From Balanoglossus misakiensis (taxonomy: Eukaryota; Animalia; Hemichordata): 64,000 bases of DNA. Within the stretch, counting starts at the first letter, position 1, and each line of letters begins with the position of its first letter. The notes below the pieces were generated by a model that saw only the letters and a list, made by a program, of their open reading frames with translations, searched no databases and was not told the DNA's origin. This document shows, one piece after another, positions 1 through 13,533 of the stretch. Location of the stretch: assembly GCA_040954595.2 (NCBI GenBank), contig CM082590.2, forward strand, positions 8,246,001 to 8,310,000, in the 5' to 3' direction. The translations under genes were made by a program, and so were the position numbers.

Positions 1-1366
1 GTGTATGATATCATCTATGCAAATTTAACCAGGGTTACCATGACAGTACTGGACTATCTATTTTGTAGATATTTACTCATGGAGACGCGAAAAATTCGTC
101 ATCGATCCATATTCAGTTTGATGCATAGGCCAGTGCCCGCCCTTTTGTATTATGCAAATTAGGCAATTTTTACTCTATCCAAAGCTGAGCTGCCGCGTTT
201 CTTCAAAGACGTAGAGAACCCGTATGTAGAATTACTTACATACAAGGTTATATGATCAATTTCCAATGCGCACAATTGCCTGAAGAAGCAGCTTCTCTTG
301 TCGGCGAAATCTTCCCGTGGGAAAGACAAGAAACTCTAAACAAATACCCCCGGTATACATGTACGTCTGTAATGTTTGTAAATTGGTCTTCCGTTTCCTT
401 TGTTCGTTTTTACAAAACTTGAAAGTAATAGCGTACTTGAATAGTGGATGTTTGGATCAGTCGAAATTAGCATAATGGAAGATGATTGGATGATAGATAT
501 GGAGATGATGAGTGCACTGTATTATTGGTGGGCGAATAATGCTTCGCCTATTATAACAAAATACATTTAATCGTATCAAAGTACCTGTATTCTGTGGACA
601 AGTCAGCCATACAGTGCCGCCCTAGGGATAATTGCATATAATGGCTGAAGTTTAATAATTGGCTGTTCACGATGTGAATACGTCGTCAAACTGTTTGCCG
701 ATGATGACGTCAAATGGCCACAGAATTGCATCATGGGATGTTACTGAGAAGTAAATATTCAAAACCAGTCTTGAATTTCTGCAACTTTCGCGAATTTAAG
801 CTGTGAGTTTTCATTTGGCTAATTATGTATTAGCGTTCTTGTGTACTGTATTGAACCGGAAATACATGTAGTTAGTGTTGAGGGATAAGACCTTTTACAT
901 ACCAGTACTTCGTAGCAATTTTATTTGCTTCGGGAAGCCAGGTCGACATTGAAGTAGGCTAGGTCATTAACACAATTAATTATTTACATACAGCAAAATG
1001 GTAAAACTTTTGAAGTTATGAATCGTTTTTTGTACACTTAGAAACTTTAGACAAGTTTTCCACGTATTCTTGATATCACCGCAGAAAGGTCAAAAAGAGC
1101 GACTTTGAGACTCGTTCATTTTGTATGCTTTTTATGATTGTCATCCCTCAAGTATTACGATAATATCAAAGTTCAAATCAAGAGTTCGATAGTTCAATGT
1201 CCTTTTGTTCATTATTCTGAATGAGAGGAACGTGATTTTTGTACCCTGTAATAATATAATGTGAAATAAATTGATCACTGAACAAGGACAGAGAAATGAA
1301 CCCGAATATACGTCGTCTTTGTGGATGGTGTATCCATAGTGAACATCATGCATGTATCACGTGCAT

Positions 1367-1812
1367 CTCTCTCTCTCCCTCCCCCCTCTCTCTACCCTCC
1401 TCCATCTCTCTATCTCTCTCTCACACACTCACTCTCTCTCTCTTTCTCTCTATCTGTCTCTCTCTCTCCCCTCCTCCTTCTCTCTCTCTCTCTCTCTCAC
1501 TCACTCACTCTCTCTCTATCTGTCTCTCTCTCTCTACTCTCTTTCTCTCTCTCACACACTCACTCTCTCTCTATCTCTCTCCCCTCCTCCTTCTCTCTCT
1601 CTCTCTCTCTCTCTCACTCACTCACTCTCTCTCTATCTGTCTCTCTCTCTCTTCTCTCTTTCTCTCTCTCACACACTCACTCTCTCTCTATCTCTCTCCC
1701 CTCCTCCTTCTCTCTCTCTCTCTCTCTCACTCACTCACTCTCTCTCTATCTGTCTCTCTCTCTCTCTCTCTCACTCACTCACTCTCTCTCTCTCTCTTTA
1801 TCTGTCTCTCTC
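1367..1812. repeat. Compound (CT)n/(CACT)n microsatellite
   Basis: About 450 bp of nearly pure CT/CACT/CTAT repeats. It explains the S/L-rich spurious ORFs at 1296-2014. Confidence 0.97.
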
Positions 1813-3739
1813 AGAAAATACTTGCAACGCATTAAATAAACTCTATTTGTTTAAATTAAATGAAGACAACGATTACAATGTACTTGTATATCAAATTTTA
1901 TTTTATTTTGTTTTAAGTAAAATAACAAATGCACTCTGCATACGGTCACGTTTTCCGTATTTCGACCCTCAAGCTTGGCTAAATCATTGTGCGCCGCTAG
2001 CGGTAAGAACATGATGCTGGATTGCTCTCTCTTCTCAATCGCCATATCACTGTATCAGAGCACTAGGGGCGCACTGCACTATGAATATATGAATATATTA
2101 GCGAGCGGTCAGGATATCCCCCCTAATGCTGACCTTCGACCTTTGACCCACACGTGTTTACTGGAAGTCCCATAGCCGCTACAGTCGATATGTAAACACG
2201 CGTATAGCTTAAAAATTGCCTCGAACTTTCACCAAATCCGGTCAACAAGTGCCCGTGGTTTCAATATAGGTTGCCTAAACTCCACACAAGTGCAAGGAGA
2301 AGACTGAATCCACAGGAAAATTACAGTAAGATTGTATTTTTGCATGATTTTTACAGTCATGTTGTGATTGTTTACATGCCGAGCGCTAGGGGTAGGGCAT
2401 ATGTTTAGGGCATCCAACAACAGTGTGGCCAGTAAACACAGCCCTGCCGAGCAGAGCTGAGATAGCCGTAGCCGTCCAACCTTCCGACAGCGTGAGATAT
2501 AGGGTTTGAAGGGGTCTGGCTCCGATAATTTTCGGTTTTGTACGCGTCTTCGACAACAACACACTCCTGCGGTGTTGGAGTGAACGCAGTAGAAATCCGT
2601 CGTGTGCTCAAATCTCTGTTTACCGTATCCGTCAAAACATCCGTTCCCCGAAATCGACCGTCGATGTCGTCGCTGGGGCGGTTTAACAATCTGGTTTTCA
2701 GTAATAATATTAGCCCTTTTTAATAATAGAACTGTGACGTAAAGCTCAACTAATGTTGAGATAATCGCGTTGCTGCATCTTTGTTGAAAATGTTCATTTC
2801 TTTCCCATGTAAATTTGTGGGCGTGTACACAATATCATGGGTTGAGTACAGTATTGTTTTCCATGTCTGAACAATTCTCGGTTGTTTGCGAAATCTTAAA
2901 AAGTTCTCCTCTGTGGAAAATGAATTAATATGACAAAAATGTTTTGAGAATAATAACATTGATAGCAACTGCAATGGAGTTCAGTCTCCATATTATAAGG
3001 AACTGTGTTATATATGTAAATTAAGTAACTAAGAGTATGATTATCATTTCTAAAGTATTCATGCAAAATGTTCAGTAATTTACTAATAATCTCGGTAGAA
3101 AGAGACTTTGTAGCAGTCTGGGATAGTATTTTCTTCTTCTCATTTATTGGCGAGAATACCATCAAACGTACAACGTATTATACTAATGGGAAATTACCTT
3201 CCACTTATAATTTTGGAAAAAGAAACTTAAACTACGGTTGAAACTTGTGTGTGTTCATCAGGGAGAGGGCAAGGCAAATTACAATGAATTGTGGGATTTT
3301 GAATAAATGAATAATCATGCAAAATAGTTAGTCAAGTCAGTATATTGTGTATTGAGTTCATTAATTTGTGGAGATTCCACGACAGACTTCATGAAATGCA
3401 TGTTTTGAAAATATAAACATTAATATTAATGAAATTCGACTTTGATAATAGTTTGGCATATTTCAGGGTATTTCTATATTATGCGAAAATTATGTCGAAG
3501 TAGGTGTGTTTTTGTCTATTTCTCAAGCATTCTGTCTTGTTTACGTAAATGCAAGTATTTCTCTGTTGAAAAGAATAAATATAATTTAAAAAAAAAATGT
3601 TTGCTCTGGCTTAAGAAAATTAAAATTACAAATAAGGTGGTCAAAGTTTTAGTAAATTTCGATTTTTATTAGTAAAGCTTTTGCCATAGTTCCTAAAAAG
3701 ATGCTAAGGCCTGATTTGTTAAGGAAATATATTTAATAG

Positions 3740-4705
3740 AAAATCCAGCCAGATAAACAGGGCTGATGGTCAAACAGCTTCTCAGGCTAGGATACCTCCA
3801 TCCCCAGTGTTCTGTTGAGGTTGTAAATAAGTGGGGCCAAATTTCCCCTGGAAGCTTAAATTTGGGGTTAAATATTAAATAACCTTAATATCTTGACAAT
3901 AAAGTGTTGGAATAGACAATACAGCCAGATAAACAGGGCTGAAATGTCTAATAGCTTGTCAGGCTAGGATATCTCCATCCTCAGTGTTCTACTGAGGTTG
4001 TAATTAAGTGGGGCCAAATTTCCCCTGGAAGCTTAAATTTTGGGTTAAATATTAAATAACCTTAATATCTTGACAATAAAGTGTTGGAATAGACAATACA
4101 GCCAGATAAACAGGGCTGAAATGTCTTATAGCTTGTCAGGCTAGGATATCTCCATCCCCAGTGTTCTGCTGAGGTTGTAAATAAGTGGGGCCAAATTTCC
4201 CCTGGAAGCTTAAATTTTGGGTTAAGTATTAATTTACCTTTATATATTGACTATAAAGACTTGAAATAGAAAATACAGCCAGCTAAACAGGGCTGAAATG
4301 TCTTATAGCTTGTCAGGCTAGGATATCTCCATCCCCAGTGTTCTGCTGAGGTTGTAAATAAGTGGGGCCAAATTTCCCCTGGAAGCTTAAATTTTGGGTT
4401 AAGTATTAATTTACCTTTATATATTGACTATAAAGACTTGAAATAGAAAATACAGCCAGCTAAACAGGGCTGAAATGTCTTATAGCTTGTCAGGCTAGGA
4501 TATCTCCATCCCCAGTGTTCTGCTGAGGTTGTAAATAAGTGGGGCCAAATGGTCCCTGGAAGCTTAAATTTGGGGTTAAATTTTAATTAATCTTTATATC
4601 TTGAGACTTGTAACAGAAAATCCAGCCAGATAAACAGGGCTGAAATGTCAAATAACTTGTCAGGCTAGGATATCTCCATCCCCAGTGTTCTGCTGAGGTT
4701 GTAAA
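3740..4705. repeat. Tandem satellite, ~177-bp unit, ~5.5 copies
   Basis: The anchor cagccag(a/c)taaacagggctga recurs at about 3746, 3922, 4099, 4276, 4453 and 4623. Degenerate outliers lie near 5388 and 5604. Confidence 0.95.
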
Positions 4706-4851
4706 AATCTACTGCCAAAGTTTGGGAAAAATGGGATCAATGATAGAAAGCACTGAACATAATGAACTTAATGTAGATAGTCAGTCGACCACTGGGTAGA
4801 TCTTTGCTGAATATGTTCATTTCTTTCCCATGTAAGTTTCATGATTGTGTG

Positions 4852-5256
4852 CAGTGTTCGAAATTCATAGGAAATATCAACCAGTCACCAGGACTGGTAA
4901 CTTCAAAAAGTTGCCAGTCCTGCCAAAAACTTACCAGTCCTGATATTATGCCTTACAATTAAATGTAATCAAATACAACTGAGAAGCTATTACCTTATCT
5001 GTGAACAATTGAAGATGGGATGGAATCATCTTTCTCTTTACATTACTTTGATTTGATAATTTTCAAGCTTTTACATCATTGTTTCTTTTATTTGCAATAC
5101 ATGAACTGGGGAAAGTCCAAAAGATGTCATGATACCACTGGTTAACTCCCATGCTAAATTCAACCTGTCTGTCGGACTGGTAACATTTTATTTTTACCAG
5201 TCCTACAGAAAAACAACCAGTCTCGGACTGTCGGACAGGCTTTATTTCGTACACTG
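4852..5256. mobile_element. Non-autonomous DNA transposon (hAT-like MITE)
   Basis: TIRs cagtgttcgaaat (4852) and atttcgtacactg (ends 5256) differ by 1 mismatch. There are many subterminal ccagtcc/ggactgg repeats. Flanks ttgtgtg/ttgtgag resemble a degenerate TSD. Confidence 0.7.
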
Positions 5257-6164
5257 TTGTGAGTACATGTGGGAGGGTTGATACCATGGTCCAGTGATTA
5301 GGGCAGTGTGCTTACAATCAGATGATCAATAACAACAAAAATTTAAAAATAGTAACATAGATAATTATTGTAGAAAATTAGAAAATACAGCCAGATAAAT
5401 TTCATCTTTTACTAGTGAAGCTTATATTTTGCCAATGTTTTAAAAAAAAAATTAATTAGCTTGTCAGGCTTGGATATTCCCATCCTGTTGTAAATAAGTG
5501 GGACTAAATGTTCCCTGTTCAAATCATTATAAAGCACATTGATGTACACAAATATAGATCTATTGCTAACATGTAAGAAAAATAAGACTTGAAATAAAAA
5601 ATACAGTCAGATAAATTTGGGCAAATCAGTTTGATTAACTTTTATGTAAAACATAAATATGTTGAGATAAAATTATTTCAACTTGAAAGGGTCGTGGATT
5701 TCAGCAAAAGTATTCAAAATCAATCACGCAAAATCACTTAAACTAAGTAGACTATTTTAATTTGGTTTTGTCACACCAAGAACCATTTTCCTGTTCCTTT
5801 TTGATGAAATGCTGGGCCAAATTTTTATTTCAAAATCAAACTTGTGCTGAGCTCAGGCCAAATACTCTATGTGGTTATTTACATATGAAAGGGCATGTAC
5901 ACTGTCTATGCAGCTACTGTGTTGAACCTTCAAGTATAGACTTACTTTCTTGTCGTTTTTTTATAACTTTTAAAACTGTGTAGCCAGACCAAAAATAGCT
6001 GACATGATTTTTACCATAGTTACCCTTCTATTAACCGTATTTTTATCATTTTAACATTTAAATAAGAAGTACCCGGTCAAATTTTCTATCATCCAAAATG
6101 CATTGTTGTCTATGCTGTCCATTGGTGTCTATGGTGACTGCTGTCCATTTATCGATGTCAACAG

Positions 6165-9100
6165 CGCCGATTGAAGTGAAATTTCCAGTAGAATCTGATG
6201 CTTCCTAGAGATTTGTTGTGAATTCATATATAGCCCTGTATGTATAGAGTTCATTTTTACTAAAGTACAAGACCTAGCAACTTCTCAAGAAAAGAAATCG
6301 CCGTTTTTCTGCGTGTGTTGTTGGCTGTCCGACTTCGCGTATCTCAACGCTGTCCATTGTTTATCGATGTCAACATTGACACGCTCCCTTTATTTACCAG
6401 TGGCAATACTCAAGAACACTCGCTGTTTAATTCAGACCGAAGTTGTAAATGTTTGCGCAAATATCACAAATCGATTTGTGTTGATGTAAAGAAATTTTTA
6501 AAGCAAAAACTGAGAAAATCGACTGAGATTTGAGCAAACGGCGACGCGTTCTTTCATACTTGTGCGAGTGCCCGTGTTTATTTCATTGGCGTCCATTGAT
6601 ACTGTTGTTGAAAATCCGCGTATTTAAAGTCACTTTCATTCAAAATATTTCTGGTTCCTGACTCTATTTTTTGTGTAAAAGTTAGTTCCATGCAATAATC
6701 ATTTAGAAAAGTGTAAAGACTAAGGGCTAGAGTTCTTTGCTATTTCTGTAATCGAAATTTAATGTGCTACTGTTTGCGTGTTGATATCGGTGGCCGACTC
6801 TGTCTCCATAGGATTACACGCGTCCACCGTCGCTGATCACAAGCGCCGATCGCCGATTGAAGTGAAATTTCCTGTAGAAACCAATGTTTCCCTAAGATTT
6901 TTTCTGAACTACAATATGGCCCGATATGTATACACTTCATGAAACTTAAAGTACAAGCTCTGGCAACTTCTCCAGAAATGTAATCGCCGTTTTTCTGTGT
7001 GTGATGTTGGTTTCCCGACTTCGCGTATTTCAATGCGCGGTGTCCATTGTTTATCAATGTCCACAGTGACACGCCCCCTTTACTTACCAGTGGCAATACT
7101 CACGAAAACTCGCTGTTTAATTCAGACCGAAGCTGTAAATGTGTGCGAAATTATCACCAATCGCTTTGTTTTGATTTAAAGAAGACTTAAAAGCAAAAAC
7201 TGGGGAAATCGAGAGAGATTTAAGCAATCGGTGACGCGTTCTTTCGACCTCTCGTCAGCGGCCGTGTTCCTATCATGGACGTCCATGATAATGTTGTTGA
7301 AAATCCACGGTTTTAAAATCACTTTCACTAAAAAAAAAAATCCGGTTCCTGACTCTATTTTTGTGTAAAAGTTAGTTCCATGCAATAATCATTTAGAAAA
7401 GTGTATAGACTAAGGGCTAGAGTTCTTTGCTATTTCTGTAAATCGAAATTTAATGTGCCACTGTTTGCGTGTTGATATCGGTGGCCGACTCTGTCTCCAT
7501 AGGATTACACGCGTCACCGTCGCTGATCACCAGCGCCGATCGCTGATTGAAGTGAAATTTCCAGTAGAATCTGATGCTTCCTAAAGATTTGTTGTGAATT
7601 CATATATAGCCCTGTATGTATAGAGTTCATTTTTACTAAAGTACAAGACCTAGCAACTTCTCAAGAAAAGAAATCGCCGTTTTTCCGCGTGTGTTGTTGG
7701 CTGCCCGACTTCGCGTATCTCAACGCTGTCCATTGCATTGCATTGCTTATCGATGTCAACAGTGACACGCCCCCTTCATTTCTCAGTGGCAATACTCACA
7801 AAAACTCGCTGTTTAATTCAGACCGAAGTTGTAAATGTTTGCGCAAATATCACCAATCGATTTGTGTTGATGTAAACAAGTTTTTAAAGCAAAAACTGAG
7901 AAAATCGACTGAGATTTGAGCAAACGGCGACGCGTTCTTTCATACTTGTGCGAGTGACCGTGTTTATTCATTGGCGTCCATTGATACTGTTGTTGAAAAT
8001 CCGCGTATTTAAAATCACTTTCGCTCAAAATATTTCCGGTTCCTGACTCTATTTTTTTGTGTAAAAGTTAGTTCCATGCAATAATCATTTAGAAAAGTGT
8101 AAAGACTAAGGTCTAGAGTTATTTGCTATTTCTGTAATCGAAATTTAATGTGCCACTGTTTGCGTGTTGATATCGGCGGCCGACTCTGTCTCCATAGGAT
8201 TACACGCGTCCACCGTCGCTGATCACCAGCGCCTATCGCCGATTGAAGTGAAATTTCCTGTAGAAACCAATGTTTCCCTAAGATTTTCATGAACTACAAT
8301 ATGGCCCGATATGTATACACTTCATGAAACTTAAAGTACAAGCTCTAGCAACTTCTCCAGAAATGTAATCGCCGGTTTTCTGTGTGTGATGTTGGTTTCC
8401 CGACTTAGCGTATTTCAATATACGCGGTGTCCATTGTTTATCAGTGTCCACAGTGACACGCCCCTTTACTTGCCAGTGGCAATACTCACGAAAACTCGCT
8501 GTTTAATTCAGACCGAAGCTGTAAATGTGTGCGAAATTATCACCATCCAGTTCGTTTTGATTTAAAGAAGACTTAAAAGCAAAAATTGGGGAAATCGAGA
8601 GAGATTTGAGCAATCGGTGACGCGTTCTTTCGACCTCTCGTCAGCGGCCGTGTTCCTATCATGGACGTCCATGATAATGTTGTTGAAAATCCACGGTTTT
8701 AAAATCACTTTCACTAAAAAAAAAAATCCGGTTCCTGACTCTATTTTTTGTGTCAAAGTAAGGTCCATGCAATAATCTTTTAGAAAAGTGTATAGACTAA
8801 GGGCTAGAGTACTTTGCCATTTCTGTAATCTGAATTTCATGTGCCACTGTTTGCGTGTTGATATCGGCGACTGACTCTGTCTCCATTGGATTACACGCGT
8901 CCACCGTCGCTGATCACCAGCGCCGATCGCCGATTGAAGTGAAATTTCCAGTAGAATCCAATATTTCCCCAATATTTATTGTGAACTACAACATAACTCT
9001 ATGTGTATACGTGTCATTTTTACTAAAGTACAAGACCTAGCAACTTCTCAAGAAAAGAAATCGCCGTTTGCCCGACTTCGCGTATGTCAACGCTGTCCAT

Positions 9101-10445
9101 TGTTTATCAATGTCCATAGTGACACGCCCCCTTTATTTACCAGTGGCAATACTCACGAAAACTCGCTGTTTCATTCAGACAGAACTCGTAAATGTTTGTG
9201 CAGTTATCACCGTTCGATTTGTTTTGATGTTAAGAAGTATGGTTAGCAAAAAACTGAGAAATTCGACAGAGTACTTCGCCATTTATGCAAACGTTTACGT
9301 GTTGATAGCGGCGGCCGACTCAGTCTCCATAGGATTACACGCGTCCACCGTCGCTGATCACCAGCCCCGATCGCCGATTGAAGTGAAATTTCCTGTAGAA
9401 ACCAATGTTTCCCTAAGATTTTCCTGAACTACAAGATGGCCCGATATGTATACACTTCATGTTACTTAAAGTACAAGCTCTAGCAACTTCTCCAGAAATG
9501 TAGATATTAATTCAAAATCCTAACTGTATGTGCTGGGTTGCTAAGCAATAGCTGAGGCCAAGCGCTGTATGTTGTCATTTACATATGAAAGCATATGTAC
9601 ACTGACTATGCAGCGACTGTGTTGATCCTTCAGTATAGACTTACTTTCTTGTCGTTTTTCATAACTTTTGCAACTGTGTAGCCAGACCAAAGTTTGCTGA
9701 CATGATTTCTAACATGCTAGCCCTTCTAGTAACCGTGTTTTTACTATTTAAACATTCAAACAAGAAGTATCCGGTCAAATTTTCTACCATCATAATGGAT
9801 TGTAAATAGAAATTGACACGAGGTGACCCGTAGACGCGACTCGCGGAGATAAACAGTGAGTATTTTCAATGTTACCGTGAATGTGTGGTGCGATTTATAT
9901 TGCCGTTGCAAAGAGAAACTGTCAGAAAACAGAACAGCATGACACAGACGTTTACAATCGTGAAATTAAAAGAGAGAAGGACCTCTGAAGTTTTCCGAAA
10001 TCTCTGTCATTGACGCCATTGTTGTTTACGCGTATACGCTATCCATTGTTTATCAATGTCCATAGTGACACGCCCCCCTTTTATACCAGTGGCAATACTC
10101 ACGAAAACTCGCTGTTTAATTCAGACAGAACTCGTAAATGTTTGTGAAGTTATCACTATTCGATTTGTTTTGATGTGAAGAAGTTTGGTAAGCAAAAACT
10201 GAGAAAATCGACAGAGTACTTCGCCATTTCTGCCACTGTTTACGTGTTGATAGCGGCGGTCGACTCTGTCTCCATAGGATTACACGCGTCCACCGTCGCT
10301 GATCATCAGCGCCGATCGCTGATTGAAGTGAAATTTCCAGTAGAATCTAAAGATTTATTGTAGACTACATATAGCCCTATGTGTATACGCTTTATTGTTG
10401 CTAAAGTACAAGATCTAGCCACTTCTCCAGAAATGTAATCTCTGT
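6165..10445. repeat. Complex tandem array, ~690-bp unit with alternating A/B variants
   Basis: The anchor ttgaagtgaaatttcc occurs near 6171, 6857, 7546, 8244, 8934, 9378 and 10323. The A variant (ccagtagaatctgatg) and B variant (cctgtagaaaccaatg) alternate. Block 5875-6090 is also duplicated at 9575-9790. Confidence 0.92.
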
Positions 10446-11058
10446 TTTTCGCGAGTGTTGGATGCCCTATACTTAGCGTGTTTACTTCCGTGTTGTCAAT
10501 TTCAGTGGAGGTGATAGTTGGTACGCATGCGCAGTACAAAGACGCACTTAGTGATAGACGCTTTCCCACGTGTGTTGGTTGCCCTATACTTTAGCGTGTT
10601 AGTTGATACGCATGCGCAGTACATAGACAGACTTAGTGTTAGATGCATTCAGTATTTTGCCTGAAGTTGTAACTCACTTTAGCTTTGTTATTTCGCGTAG
10701 TTTTCTGTTTGAGAGGCTTTTATAGAGTTTAACCTGGTTTGTTGAAACCTAACGTGTAGAATACCTGTTATTTTGAGCAGTATTTGTTCATTTTTCGATT
10801 TTTTACTGATTTTATTATGATGTGTGACTGTACGTTATTTCCTTTATCAGTAAATGAGATTAAATTCTATAAAATGGAATTTCATTGTCACATTGTGCAT
10901 TTCTTAGCTTGTTGTGTAAAGGATGATTTTACTTTTACAATCTGAAAAAGAGTACAGTAAACATAGAGTTTGTGTTTTTTTCCAGATTGTAAATTTTAAA
11001 GTCTCTTACATTACAAGAGCAATGCTTACGGTATGAAGAGAGTGAGTGTTTTGTTTGT

Positions 11059-11773
11059 CTGATTTCAATTTTTTTTATTGTAGATGAAATTTATCAGTTG
11101 CCCTTTACACCGTATGTTCTGTACTTTTACAGCACAACCTTTAATTTTGCAATTTTTCACATTTTCATTGCTTTAGCTGTTAAAATAATGGAAAATTCAT
11201 TGTTTTAAGCAAACCAGCCAATTCCTTCAAAAATTACAGATATTTTCATCATTACCAAAAACTCCAATTCTTTCAAAATTACAGGTATTTCCATTATTTT
11301 TACCAAAAATCAAATTCCGTTAACATTTTTTTTATCAAAATAGGCATCTCTTTCACAAAAATAGGCATTTCTTACCAAATTTAATGTTTTTTTTCATTAT
11401 TTTAGCCGTTTTTTCCAAAATTACATGTATTTTCCCTTATTTTCACCAAAAAAGCCATTTCGATCACTAAAATACCCATTTCTTACAAATTAAAGGTCAG
11501 TTTTACCATTAAAGTTCTAAATTTACATGCCTTTTCCACTATTTTCACCAAAATAGCCATTTTGATCACTAAAATACCCATTTCTTTCAAATTTAAGGTC
11601 ATTTCAACCATTTTAACAGCTAAAAGCAATGCAAATGATGTAAAAAGTTGTAAAATTACTGGTTGCACTGTAAAAAGTACAGTAAAATGCAGTACACACA
11701 CACTGATAAAGGAGCAACTGACAAATTTCATCAATAAAAAAAAAAAAATCACCAGAAAAAAATTTGAAATCAG
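11059..11773. mobile_element. Foldback/MITE-like element with ~140-170-bp imperfect inverted arms
   Basis: 11059-11196 is the reverse complement of ~11601-11773, e.g. ctgtactttttacagcacaacc vs ggttgcactgtaaaaagtacag, and gatgaaatttatcagttgc vs gcaactgacaaatttcatc. The AT-rich spacer holds short tandem ttttcaccaaaa..ccattt repeats. Confidence 0.75.
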
Positions 11774-12413
11774 CAAAAAAAAGGCGGAAAAAAATTTTTT
11801 GGGAAAAATTTTTGTCTCTCGCCCTTCTCTCTCCTCCTCATCTTGTCTCCCCCCCTTCTTCCTCCTCCTCATCTTGTCTCCCTCCCTCCCATCCTTCCTA
11901 CCTGATGCATGCCCCCCTCCCTGTGTCTCCCCTCGTTGCATGGCCTCCCCCCTCTATCTATCCCCGGTGTATGATCTCCCCCCCCTTTATTTGACCCCTG
12001 ATGCATGACCCCTCCCCTATGTTTCGACTTACCTGCAAATCTTCATCCTGTGTCCAAGTTCCATCCACGTCCAGTCTTCTCCATATGCACCATGTCCACC
12101 TCCAGCGGGTCTTGATCTCGCGTCCTTCCACTTGCTAGTCACTTACCTTGACCACTAGGCCACGGAGCTGCATGCAAACATATGCTCGGAACTTCTATAT
12201 ATCGGTTACCTCACTTACTAATAAGTCAGGAATAGGTATTAGAGCCAATTTTTCGATAAGAAAATGGTTTTTACAGCTTCTAATGCATGGTAGAGTAAAA
12301 AAAAAGAGCATATTCCTGTTTTAAGAGAGAAAAAAAGGAAAATAACTGGATCGAAGAACCAAAGGTAACTGTAAGTTGAGACTCGAGAGGGCGCTGTGCT
12401 TGGCCTTTGGTTG

Positions 12414-12496
12414 AAAAAAATCCCACCCTTGCCGGGACTCGAACACGGGATCTGCCGCATAGCAGTCCATGGCCATAACCACTAGGCCACGCTAAT
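12414..12496 (-). pseudogene. tRNA-derived Pol III-like unit 1 (A box, B box, oligo-T)
   Basis: Minus strand reads TGGCCTAGTGG...GTTCGAGTCC...TTTTTTT with tRNA spacing. The anticodon stem does not pair, so it is not a functional tRNA. Confidence 0.7.
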
Positions 12497-12951
12497 GTTT
12501 GTATAGGTGACTAAACAACTAGGTTATGAATGCCACAACGTAATTGTATGTAAACAAGGTAGCTCGATCTCGTAAAAGCAAGTACTTTTTGACTTGCTGA
12601 AGTAAAAATGAGCTTGTTTTCGGTCAGTACTGTTGGCGGTAAGGTTAATTCAATAGTATGATGTTCATACTTTGTACTTTACTGTCGAAAACACGCATTT
12701 TTCTAAGGGCTTTAGCGCGCCTGTGTTTGGGTCAAGTCACACGTCACAGAAGGCTAAAGGTCACGCACAGCGCTCTCTAGAGACGGTATCTACAACTAGT
12801 CAGTCACATGACAGTCGCATGTAAATGTACTGTATATACGTAATCAAGTTGCAATGACGTCACGGGGAAAAGGGGGAGGAATATGAGACTATAATGAGCG
12901 TTTTCCTAGTCACGTGAGACGCAGTGGTCATCGACATCAGTCTACACATAG

Positions 12952-13037
12952 AAAAAAAAATATGAATCCCTGCCAGGATTCGAACCCGGGACCTCTCGCA
13001 CCGTAGCCAATCACTCTAGCCAGTACGCCACACAGTC
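12952..13037 (-). pseudogene. tRNA-derived Pol III-like unit 2
   Basis: Minus strand reads TGGCGTACTGG...CCGGGTTCGAATCCTGG...T9. The T-arm is intact; the acceptor and anticodon stems are degenerate. Confidence 0.72.
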
Positions 13038-13451
13038 ATTTGCATAATTTGCATGAATACTAAGATATAACCTATAGACTATGCTCTTGGTGGTTTACTT
13101 AAGTTATTTTCGGCACGCTACGATGAGAACGGGCTTATTTACGGCCCGTAACTTCCAGGGTAGAATAAATTCGATAGAAAGATGTCTGTACTTTGTGCGA
13201 TACTATCAAAAAACTTATTTCAAAGGGCGCTATCGCGACTAGTGCTTGGGCAACGCAACACGTACAAACAACCGGCGATCTGGAGACGCTATTTACAATT
13301 AGTCGGTCACATGACTGTCGCATGTAAATGTTCTGTAATCGAGGGGCAATGACGGCTCGAGGGGGAAAAGGGGAGGAATATGAGACCATGATGAGCGTCT
13401 TCCTTAGTCACGTGAGACGCAGTGGTCATGGACATCAGTCTACTTTAGAAG

Positions 13452-13533
13452 AAAAAAATGAATTCCTGCCGGGAATCGAACTCGGGACCTCTCGCACCAT
13501 AGCCAATCACTTTAGCCAGTACGCCACACAGTC
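13452..13533 (-). pseudogene. tRNA-derived Pol III-like unit 3
   Basis: Near-copy of unit 2 within a ~497-bp tandem duplication (12797-13270 / 13300-13755). B box GTTCGATTCC, terminator T7. Confidence 0.7.

Noticed and set aside
279-332. Hammerhead-ribozyme-like core ctgaaga...gaaa with a palindromic following stem
   Set aside because: Stem II pairs poorly, there is no NUH cleavage triplet after stem III, and there is no clear stem I. At best it is a decayed Penelope-type motif.
1296-2014. Long S/L-rich ORFs (172-220 aa)
   Set aside because: They are translations of a CT microsatellite.
3740-4705. Regularly spaced repeats as a CRISPR array
   Set aside because: Whole units are repeated with no unique spacers, the context is eukaryotic, and no cas genes are present. 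The same applies to the 60-bp array at 16.1-17.9 kb.
11483-12008. ORFs of 148-152 aa
   Set aside because: They come from low-complexity sequence and the foldback arm, with no domain signature.
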